Below, piece after piece: positions 24,797 through 36,002 of a stretch of DNA of 64,000 bases. The translations under genes and the position numbers were made by a program. The notes under the pieces were generated by a model. That model made no database searches. It saw only the letters and a list, made by a program, of their open reading frames with translations, and was not told where the DNA came from. The stretch comes from Xylographa opegraphella. Taxonomy: Eukaryota. Numbering within the stretch: position 1 is the stretch's first letter; the number at the start of each line of letters is the position of its first letter. The stretch is taken from contig JALDZX010000018.1 of assembly GCA_022813865.1 (NCBI GenBank), positions 124,001 to 188,000 of the forward strand. The letters run 5' to 3'.

Positions 24797-27508
24797 ATGG
24801 AAATGAACCAGCAGGCTCAGCCAGAGACGACAAAGCGGTTACGGATCGCGCAAGCCTGCCAGTACTGCCGGAGCCTGAAAACGCGATGTCTTCCGAGCGA
24901 TCAAGAGGGGAAATGCCAGAGGTAGGGTTGCGATTTCATAATTGCCGCCCAGCGAGACGTCTGTAACATCGCGTACTTGGGGTTCCATATTATATTGACT
25001 TTCCTGCATGGTTATTGTGGGAAGTGTGCCGTTTCGTGTATAGCTGGACATTCTGTATCTCTTGCCTGAGGATCGCATGTTGCCGTTAATATTGTTGCCA
25101 CCTGGCTATTTCATTTCTTTCTGACGACGTGACTAACATCAAGCAAGGTGTTTATCATCGAAAAGAGAATGTATCAGGACGGAGAGCCAGCCGAGGCCGA
25201 AGAAGGCGCGTACCTCCAACTCGTGAGCTACCTCCCACTCAACCGCCCTCGGCGTACTGAACGCTACTCATTCTACCGGTACGCAGACGGGTTGCCCAAA
25301 TGGAGAAGAAGCTCGATGGTCTAGTTGCTCTTTTTTCTCATCCAGAAGCGCCCAAAACACCATCTGTGACCAGAGATGCAGTGCCGAGTGGAATGTCACC
25401 CGCCTACTCCCTTGCAACCCCGGACCAGCGTAGCTTACCTGTACAAGCTAAGGATGATTGGCCCCGTGTTAGTCATCATGGCCATGAGGACGTGGACATG
25501 ACAGTACACGATATGCATGATGGCCATGAGATTCCACACCGCTCTGAGGCCCTGCACAGAAATTTCTCAACTCCGGCACGATCTAATTCACTCATGAAAT
25601 CCGACTTCCAGCGGGAGCCAAGCATATATGAAGAGCGCTCAAGCCATCACTCGCACTTGGATCCTGTACACTCAAAGTATGGCCACCCGAGCCACGGGCA
25701 TTCAGATGCCAACACGAGTCCCGTACAGGATGATTCAACACCTCAAGCTTCTGTTGAGATTGAGGGAACCGCGTTTGCGGCCTTTCCGAACGAACTTATG
25801 GACTGTGATAGAGCTGAGCTTCTATTAAACGAATTCAGAGAGATGACACCCTTCTTCCCATTTGTACCTTTGTCTGCCACCATCACAGCTTTGAGCATGA
25901 GCTCGCGAAGGCCTCTTCTATTACTTGCAATTTTGATGACAACGTCTTTTGGTGACCGACAGCTGCAAGTCATTTTGGAAGAACAATACCGGCAGGAACT
26001 TTCTAAGAAGGTATTCATGAAGGGCCAGAAGAGTTTGGATCATCTGCAAAGTATTCTGGTTTATCTTGCTTGGTAAATTGGTTTTGACATTCTTCCATTC
26101 GACCGTGGATAATCTTACATCCGACAGGTATCATTTCCACTTCAAGCCTCAAGTTCAGCAGATATATCCATTGCTACACTTGGCGATCGGTATAGCAGTC
26201 GATCTTGGATATCACCAGCAGCCGAAGAAGCCGGTGGTCGACTACCCAGTCCAGACGGAGGGTATCCCAATAGTGCCTAGCCAGTCGCGAGAAGCCCAAA
26301 GAGCATTTCTCGGATGCTACTACTTGTCAACAGCGTAATACAATTCTTTCAGGATTAGATATCCTTCGGGCCACGGTATATCTGCTGACGCTCCTCCCTA
26401 GATTCGCTGTTGCACTCAGTCGACCAAACTTTGTAAAATACACCGTCTACATGACCGAATGCTGCACCCGACTGAGAGATGACCCAGAGTTCCCTTCCGA
26501 TAAGATGATTCCGCACATGATCAGTCTACATCATATTGGCGATCAGATCAATGATGCATTCCGTTCTGAAGACGGCGATATATCCCCAGCGATCCAGCCC
26601 TTGGTGCAGATACATCTCAGTCTGCTGCAGTCGCAGCTCAATGACTGGAAAAGCCAAGCGCAGTTAGAACCAAACCAACATGGTACGTTGTCCCTAATCA
26701 TGAGTATCGCCATCAACTAATTTCATCCACAGAGAATACCGCCTTCCACTTCATTAATATGGAGCTCAACAGCGTCGCGCTCCGTATGCCCGTCCCACAC
26801 CCGCCTCCCAACTCCTCCCTCCCTCCGTCCTCCACCAACCACTCTATCCTCCTCGCTTGCCTTGAATCCGGCAAAAGCTACCTGGACGCCCTTCTCGCGC
26901 CACCCGCCTCCTCGTACCGACATTTCGCCTTCACTGAATGGACACGTCTACCCTACGTCCTCGTCATCGTCTCCAAGCTCTCCTTCCCGCACCCCACGCA
27001 CTCTGCCTCGCACTGGGACCCCCGCCTTGCGCACGACCGGCTACGGCTCGACCTGTACCTCGAATCGCTCTGCTACCGTATGCAAGCCATCACCACGTAC
27101 GCCGGTCCCGCCCAGCCAATCGCCGACTTCTTTGCCAGCATGAAGTTGATCCTCGAGCGCACGCGCCGCTGGTACGAGCGTAAGGCGAAGGCGAAGCCTG
27201 GCGCACGCGATCCGATTGCTGAATACTCGCCCCTCGAAGTCATCCGCGATCCGCACGAAGTACCCGAGGGCAGTACGCTGTGTTCGAGAGGCCATGTCAT
27301 CAGACAACCACAGGATGGCGATCCGTCGTGTCCGTGCGCAGCGGCAACGGAGGACAAGACGCCTGCATCTGTGATTCCGGCCGTGTATTCTACCGACCAG
27401 ATTGGGTTTGAGGACGATGGCTGGTTGGAGAACCTCGATGATGCGTTTTGGAATATTGACCCGACGCTGTTTCCCGAGATGGGAGATATAGGTGGTTTGT
27501 CTACATAG
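24797..27508 (+). CDS. Zn(II)2Cys6 transcription factor
   Basis: Spliced N-terminus ACQYCRSLKTRCLPSDQEGKCQR|CLSSKREC (intron 24922-25147; second intron 25223-25286), RVAQMEKKLDGL coiled coil, middle-homology-type region (FFPFV, KSLDHLQSILVYLAWYHF, AQRAFLGCYYL). Confidence 0.9.
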
Positions 27509-28414
27509 CTGGGGGCACTGGGGTCGATTGGGAGTCTCTTGTAGGTGAGGGAGTAGGGCGTGAAAATAAAGATGTTTGGGAGAAGCTATACATAGCGAGG
27601 AGTCTGTGATAGGGAGCTTGCATAACATGTACGATGAACGGATTGCGAAGGACTGCTAGTCGCCGAGCATATAGACGCTTGCTTGTACAAAGCCACCGTC
27701 AATTAGAGGGCATGGTGTGTATTCGGTGATACCGAAGTCTTCACACACTCTACTCGTACTGTTTGTGCACTCTGGCAGAGAGATGTGAACCCAAACAACA
27801 TATGACACAGATTACAGGAGATCGTCTACATGATTGATTTGCATGGCAAGGTGTTCACCAGGAAATAGGAATATGATACATGTTTGATTCATCCCCCGAC
27901 GCAATGGAGGAAAGATCTCCCGTCATGGATGATGCAGCTCGTGCGAAGTACCGAAGTACCTAAGTTTAATGCTGCTTACGGTGTTGCTCCTGAGGTACGC
28001 ATTATTCCAGGCTATTGGTAGTTTTGGTGATCGCTAAACTTGGATGAAAGCGCATTCAAAGAAAGGCAACACCACGCTAAGCCCTAAGATAAATATCGGC
28101 AGATTATCTCACCACAGTCATTCTTAGCGCCTTTCTGCTTGCTGACGTTCTACTCCAAACACCCAGCCCCGTCTCCAGCTACGCGACTACACAATGATTA
28201 CAGTCAGCCCATGGCCGCGACTGGTCAAGGACCGCTATGCCGCCATGGCCGTACACGTCGGTGTCGCTACATCGTGCTTCGAGCTTACTTTTCTCACAGC
28301 GCTGCAATTCCACCTTCCACATCGATAAAAAAGCCCAAGTGCCTTCCTCGGTCCTACAAGAGCAGCATCAATTTTCCTGCTTTCGCAGCATATCGGTCCC
28401 GTAACTGAACAGCC

Positions 28415-29533
28415 ATGGCTACACAGAAGGCCATCGTCCTCGGGCAGATCGGCGCGCCGCTCACCCTGACCGAGCGGCCGATCCCCACCCCCGGCGATGG
28501 CGAGGTCCTGATCAAAGTGACTGTCTGCGGGCGTGAGTCTCCCCCCTCGTACGTAGCCGAGTTGCAGCACCGCTGACCCCCGCCCCCGCCAGTGAACCCG
28601 TACGAGCACTACGCGCGCGACTGGGGCCTCTACGTGGACAAGAGCCGCATGCCGGTGGTGCTGGGCAACGACATCGCGGGCGTGGTCGAGCAGCTGGGCC
28701 CGAACATCGAGCACGGGCTGCAGGTGGGCGACCACGTGTTCGGGCAGTCGAACTACCTCAAGAACACAAACGAGCAGGCCGGCCTGCAGCAGTACTGCGT
28801 GCTGGACGCGTACACGACCAACAAGGTCCCCGCCGGCTTCAGCGACGACGACGGCGCCTCGCTGTGCTGCAACATCATCGCGCCCTTCTGGTCCATCTTC
28901 GGCGCCCACGGCCTCGACCTGCCCTTCCCCTTCCCGCCCGGCCCCCACGACGCCCGCCAGCCGCGCGACTACAGCGCCGACACCATCCTCATCATCGGCG
29001 CCGGCGGCAACTGCGGCCGCAACGCGGTGCAGCTCTGCAAGCTGGCCGGCTTCGGCACCATCGTCGCCACGGCCGCGGCTGCCAAGGCGGACGAGATCAA
29101 GAGCTACGGCGCCACGCACGTCGTGGACCGGCACGCGCCGGACGCGGAGCAGCAGATCCGCGCCCTCGTCGGCGACGACCTGCTGTACGCCTTCGACGCC
29201 GTCAACCTCGACCACTCGCTCGGCGTGCGCTGCCTGTCCGACTCGAAGCGCGGCACCCTCGCCTGCATCCTGCCGGGCCAGGTCGACGCCGAGCTGTTCG
29301 CTCACAAGACGGCCGGCTACGACGAGAAGTTCACCCAGGGCCAGATCCACAACCAGCCCGCGCTCGCGGCCGTCTTCGCCACCTGCCTGCCCATGTGGCT
29401 CGAGCAGCGCAAGATCCGCGCCGTGCCGTGGGGGGTGTTGGACGGCTTGGATCCGGCCAAGGTGAATGCCGTGCTGGATGGGTACCGGGATGGGAAGCCG
29501 CCGCCGAAGCAGGTGCATGTGCATGTTTCGTGA
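28415..29533 (+). CDS. Medium-chain dehydrogenase/reductase (GroES-like, enoyl-reductase/zeta-crystallin type)
   Basis: PIPTPGDGEVLIKVTVCG|LNP, PVVLGNDIAGVVEQLG, Rossmann ILIIGAGGNCG, YGATHVVDR; predicted intron 28533-28592. Confidence 0.9.
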
Positions 29534-29767
29534 GCGGGAGGAAGGGCAAAGCGGTCGGGGCTGTTGGAGGTTCGATAGATGAGATTTGCGTAGCAATAGA
29601 AAAGTTTCTGTGCCGGTATGAATGTTTGTTCTATGGCATCGTCTTGTTTGGATAATTGGCCCGGGTGTACGCCCAGTGATGCTTATATTCATCTATAATG
29701 CTAGTCGGATGTAATTCGTCTACCATCCAAATCCGCCATGCACCTGCCAACTCTCACAATGACCCGT

Positions 29768-31540
29768 CTAAACACTCATCCCCGGTCCCTTCACCTCATC
29801 CGAGCCGAGGGGTGGCTTTCCTCCAGCAGGTGGACCTCCCGCTCCCGGTGGACCTCTCATGCCCGGCCCCCTCGGTGGCCCAGGCTTCCCCTCCTTCTCC
29901 TCATACTTCCTTCGCATCTCCTTCCCCCTGATCATCAAGAACCCGATACTGGCCACGCAGCACAGCTCCACTAGCGCCAAGCCCGTAAAGCACCAGCCGA
30001 TGCCCATCTTCGCGATCAGCGGCTCCACCACCACGGCCGCGACGGCGGCTGCCGGGTTCCGGAAGAGGGACGCCAGCGCGACGAGGGTGGCGGGGGTCTT
30101 GTGGAAGGATTCGGTGAGGTAGGAGGTTGTGGTGATGAAGACCCAGGTCATGCCGAAGGCAGCTAGGGAAATTGTTAGTGGGCACGGGCAAGACAGCGGG
30201 ACGGGGGAAGCTGACCGATAGTGGCGGCGATGATGACGCCCGCGGCGGAGACGTGGAAGTTGTTAAACCAGCCGTACATGAGGATACCACTGAGGGAGAC
30301 AAGAATCCCTGGGATCTGGAGGTGCAGTCGTCGCTCGGGGTGGACGGGTGTGTCTGGGTTGCGCTTTGTGAAGAGCCCTCGATGCCAGTCTGATACACGG
30401 CCGCTGATGAGCGACCCTGCCACGAGGCCAAGACCAGGAGCCATGTAAGAGACACCGACCTCGGTGCTGGTGAAGCCGTAGATGTCCTCCAGGAAGCGGG
30501 GAAATGTCACTGCCATGGCGTAGTAGGCCGAGAAGAGGATGGCGCTGTTCATGGAGACTATGACGATGGGTGGATAGTATAGGAGTTTAAAGAGAGAAAT
30601 GAGTGTTGGTGGAGGCGGTTTGGGGAATTTCTTGGGGTCGACAACTGGCTTTTGCCGCCAAACGGGGCGGGTGACCCAGTTCTTGGTTGCATAGATCTCG
30701 CCGGTACCGACTATAGAGCGGAGGGTCTCCGGTAGACAGAAGGTAAGGACGACGTAGGCTGCTGCACAAGCAATGGCTGAAGAAATTCAACTTTGGAAGT
30801 CACTAAAGCAGTGATCCGGACATACCTAGGAACCCAAATGTCCATCGCCAGCTCGTTGAGCCAGTGATGGCACCTCCAATCAGGGGTCCCAGCACAGGTC
30901 CCAGCTGGGGACCAAGGAGAACAATAGACATCTGGGATGCTCTGCGCTTGGGTTCTGTTATATCGGCTACTGTCCCAGCTCCCAAGGACAATACGCTGGC
31001 TGCTCCAAAGCCTTGAACTATCCTTAATATGAACAAAGCAGCAAGATTTGCTGGCAGTGCTGCTAACAAGATATTCGCCGCGATGAATATCAGAAGCGAG
31101 ATCATGTACAGAGGTTTTCGGCCGCCATAATCAGCAAGAGAAGCCCAGAACAACGGCTAGGTCAAATGTCAGTGCTCGATCGATATTTGCTCTTTCTTTA
31201 CTCGGATACGTACTGCTACAGCCAAGACGCCCATAAACACAGAGACAGTCGCATTTATAGCAGTTGCCGATGTATTGAATTGATCCTGTAGGACTGGCAG
31301 AGCTGGCAGGTAGATATTTCCTGCCAATGGTCCAAAAAAGCCTGCTGCTGTCACAATCAGGATAATGAACCGTTGTCGTCCGGGGGTGAATGCGGTATAT
31401 TGCGGCTTCACCACTGGTTTGGCTAACTCAGGCAGTGCTGTGGTCGAGTCGTTCTTCGACGTCGAAGCGCTCTTCTCAGGATCCGCATCGGCGAGTGTTT
31501 TCGGCGTCGGCAGAGGCGCCGAACCCTGAGTTGCAGACAT
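29768..31540 (-). CDS. MFS DHA1 transporter resembling yeast dityrosine transporter Dtr1
   Basis: GFFGPLAGNIYLPALP..INATVSVFM..PLFWASLADYGGRKPLYMISL..NILLAALPANLAALFILRI..SVLSLGAGTVAD closely matches my recollection of Dtr1; LPETLRS and PERRL DHA1 motifs; multi-exon. Confidence 0.85.
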
Positions 31541-32418
31541 GACAGCAGCGAACTGATCGACTCATAGAAGACGTGAAAGAACAAAACGCAGAGAAGCACA
31601 GGAGGCAGGTGAATGAGGAAAAAGCGTGAAGATCTAGGTCTTCAACGATTGCCAAGCCAATTTTCTCAGAGACCGGCATGTTATTCGTTGCCGGGATCTT
31701 ACAAGGGTATTGTGCGCACGTTTGAGAGCATAAGCTCAGACATAGCAATGACACATAAGGCGAAATGGGCCTACTAAGACATACTAACTCGACATACACA
31801 ATTCGTTGTCCCAGTTTGGAAGCGTGTAACCGCACGGTCAACAGTCAGCTGAGTACGCAGTGCCATAGGCAACTCAGATTTATGCAGGCTGCATTAGCAA
31901 CATCGAGTCTTCCGTCACGAAATCGCTTGAATGATTTCAAGCCATAAGATTCTCGCTGCAGTATCTTTGTGCAATACAATTGCTGTCCCCGCCGACGTGC
32001 AAATGAAGCAGAAGGAATTGCAGGAAGGCTGGAAGGAGATCGAGGCTCGAAGTACTACTAACCGCTTTAGGAATATCCTACCCTGTCATGGCACATTGCA
32101 CCTTCTCCATCAATGAACTTCTGTTCTACACAAATCATGGCATCATGCTGTGAAACCGAATATACGATCCGAAAGCCTTCGATCGTCGATGGTCTGAAGC
32201 TTATCATAGAGAACTCTTAATTGAACACAGAACAAACCATAGAACACGATGCATACTTGACTAAACTGTGCTACATAAGTCGCATTTCTATCGTTGCGAG
32301 ACATAGCATACAATCATTTCGTAGCAAGCAACCACGGAACCGAGCAGATACCCGCCCTTGTAGCACCCCTTGTAGCACCACGCAATTCCACTGCCGCCTT
32401 CTCCTCCTCGATAGCAAG

Positions 32419-33590
32419 CTACGCATTGTACCCGTCACGAAGTGTGCCATACTCAATATAGGAGGGGTGACTGACCAGGAGGTCGTCCGACCAGATCACC
32501 TCGTTCAGCCAATGTAGCAAGACTTTGAGATCTTCGTCGTCGTCCACGGATTCTATGGCCGATTGGAGGGTCAAATCCGCCTGTCCTCCCAATACTTTCA
32601 GCCTTTTCTCAACATCTGCAACCGTAGCGCAGCAGGACATCCATGCCGTCTCGAAATTGCCGAGTCGGTGAACTAATCCCAGATATTGGTAATATTCACA
32701 CACTGCTTCGTAATGCTGTGCTTTAAAGGAGGCGACTATGAAGGCAAGCGCAAATTGTGTGTAAACCGTGTCAATGGTAAGACCTGTGTCGATCTCATTC
32801 GCCAGGCGATTATTGTGCTTCAGCAAGACAAGATAATGTAGTATTCGGTACCGGAGCATATTATCTCGATCGCAGCCTCAAAGCGTCCTGACTCAAACTC
32901 AGCCTTGACTTCTTCAAGGAGCACGCTAGCCACTCCCTTTACGTCCTTGACCGTCCATGGTACTTCCAGACGCCTCTTGAGATCGAGCATATACTGCTCT
33001 TCGAGATTGCCTTCGATGCTCACGTGCTGGAATCCCGTCACATAGGTGAAAGCCTTTATTAGATATCCAGCACATTTCGGACGCTGCCCACCAACTCTCA
33101 GACACAATGAGAGATCTTGAAAGCAATTTTCGTCCTGACACAAAATTAGCCATAACCATCGAACGATGTCTAGGCTCTCCGGCAAGTCAAGCACAGTGTA
33201 GATTTTATCGTCTTTCCAACGAGGACACTCAAGGCGGATACTCAATGTTGGTGGAGTCGTTGCGCTGATACCTCTTTGCGATGAAAGGCGCATATAGTCG
33301 AAGGACAGTAGGCGGACGATCGTCTCTGGTATCTCAACATGGATCCATGTATTCTCGTAGAGCCAAATTTCGATGGCTTCATCGTGTATCTGCTTGCAAG
33401 CCTGTAGGATGGCAAACTCCCTTTTGCAAGTTATGGGTACACTATACGAGTCACGTTGGTCTTGAAAATGGTGCATTGTCAGGAGAATGAACCGGTACAC
33501 TTGCATCCTCAGTTCTGTAGGGAGGTCGAAGAACCGGAAATATGTCGCATTGTTCTGATCCAGTGATGTGGCGGACAAGCTGACGTCCAT
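32419..33590 (-). pseudogene. F-box-like domain protein, paralog 1; apparent frameshift near 32840
   Basis: N-terminal YFRFFDLPTELRMQVYRFIL..AILQACKQIHDEA..YEN. The C-terminus continues in another frame (ORF 32419-32859) with no evident intron; a sequencing error is not excluded. Confidence 0.65.
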
Positions 33591-36002
33591 CGTACACTCT
33601 GGTACGGCTCCTGTTCGTCTTTCCTCCTTTTCGAAAAAGCTTATGAATGCAATGTGTGGATTTCAGGATGAACGTAATGGAACTAGAAGCCTGAAATGTC
33701 TCAATAGATATTTCAGATGTAGCTGGCTGAGCATACCAAGGGGGAATGATCGTATGGACGTATGGTTATTGTGAGAAAATGGCTGCCATACTTCAGATGT
33801 TTCTTGCGTCAGACTTGTATGAGTAATGTAACATAGCACGAATCATACACTCTGGGCCACTATAGTGTTAATCCAGATTTCGACCGTGATACAGAAGTGT
33901 TTCACGAGAACCGTGGGCAGTATCTCAATATCGATATACGGCAGAACTGTAATGTTGAACACCTGAGAATGAACCACAAGAATAGAATAACAAAGTAGTC
34001 CAGAGAAGGTAGGAAGCATTAATTCAAAAAACTATGAATCATGTGATTGGCATGATAACACAGCATCCCAACCACAAGACAAGCACTTTATATTTTGTCG
34101 TCAATTAAGTTGTTGACGACGTCGCGCACCGAGGATCCAACTGCGGCATTATACAATCACCTATTGCAGAAGCTGCAGATACATTCAGACACCGGAATTT
34201 CAGCAAAGATACTGGGTCAGTCTTTCATACGATATACAGAGACATTATCATAGATAGAGGACCCGTGGGTACTAGTGGGAAAAGACAATCGAATGACCAT
34301 AAATGAATGAACGACGGAGGTAAGTTTTTCAGAAGCAGGTAAGGTGCTTTTTGAGAAATGATGCTGGTAAAGGAGCAGCCACGATATGGACGAGTGCATA
34401 GAGCGTGTGAAAAATTCCGTGGTCCGTACCAAAGAGAGCAGACTGGGGGTATTTGCTGTCGGTCCAGGTATGGCGAAGATACATATTCGAAGCACAGCTG
34501 ACATTCCTTGTCACTTAGTTGGAGACATGGAAAATAAGATGTTTCCAGCAACGAAAGCGCAATTTCCATCTGCATCAGCATTGTACGATATGCATGTAAG
34601 CCAAGACAGCACGGAAACGATAGCCAGGGTATGCGAACCACGCCAGACTTTGATCAAATTATACACTTTTCGACGCCAGTCGTGGCATAGATACAGGTCC
34701 TCCAGGGACATGTTGGGTTTCCCATGGATTCGGATCCGGGATTGCTGTTCATGCCCTCCGCCTGGGGTACTGTCCAAGCCTGGTAGGACCGAGAACGGAC
34801 TATAGTCCATGTAAAGCAGGGAGAGCTGTCATAACCGAACCAGGTTGGAGTCGAGAGCACACGGTTCGAAGGATCAGAAACGTTGGGGGTTGGTCGCCAT
34901 AAGTCTTGATGGACTGAGATAAAATGAGCAACTGAAGCGCTGCTGGTTCCGCGAATGACGGGTATCGCACATCGGCCATCCTATATTGGCAGCCAGACGT
35001 TATATGACAAAAGATTCATATTCAATCCAATATTCACAACGCTCTGCGATCCTCGTATCATATCCGATCAGGACAATCAATGGCAAACAGCCAGTTCGAG
35101 GGTAGAACGGTGGATAATGGCTTTCAGCGCAAGCCGGTTTTCTAGCCGCACGAATTCAGACCCGACTGGGACGATCTGTATCATTCGTCACGCAACCTCT
35201 GCGGCCTTCATTGCGGTCAAGATCCATGACATGATGGCTTCGGTGGAGGCCGAACCCTTTTACTGTCTCTTGCACATGCTTCGTGCGTCGTCGTCGACGC
35301 GCCCAGACCTTGGCAGGCTTGGCAGGCTGAGGTGTATCTTAGGCGAGCCCGGAACGGAAAAAGTCTCCGGCTAACTAACCTCAACTTACCAGGGTTGCTT
35401 TCTCCGCCAATGATGTCACTCGCCTACTCGCTTCTGCTCCGCCCCCGCAATATCGTCAACGGACGCGTACTTCAGAGTCATATTTACCTTAAACCATTGG
35501 ATCGTGTAGTTAAAGCCTCCAATACGTGCTCTGGATGACTATGGCCCTCGTCGTCTCATGGACGAGGCAAGCAGATTCCAAAGACGAGCCCAACGTAACG
35601 CCCAGTAGCGTCGAGGACGCTTCTGCTCTCTGGTAGGTACCTGATGAAGGCCAAGCACGATCAGCATTGGCAACGAAGATGCAAGGCCAGTCGGCGATGG
35701 CAAGAGGGGCTATCACGCCTCTTTCGCCCATGTTGACTGGTCTTGGCGTTCTCGACCTGTGTCTTGGCGAAGGACATCTGCAGAAAAGTGGTGTGAGATG
35801 TATATAAAGTGGAACCACCCAAAATGTATCTTGAGAGGTCGTCCAGAGTTATCAGATCCCCCGTTCAATTTGACAGAAGATCCCATCAATACTTTCTGTG
35901 CAATTACATTCTTGGATACCTGCATTATCTTTCTCCATCCTCGATCACGTTGTACATTTCCAGGTATTCGACCGCGTCTCGCTACGAAGCGCAATTATCA
36001 CC

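Noticed and set aside
28235..29692. 485-aa antisense ORF and 263-aa alternate-frame ORF over the MDR gene
   Set aside because: Shadow ORFs caused by high GC3; the sense frame carries the enzyme motifs.
34200..34900. Overlapping short ORFs, possibly a gene relic
   Set aside because: Could not assign homology or a coherent reading frame.
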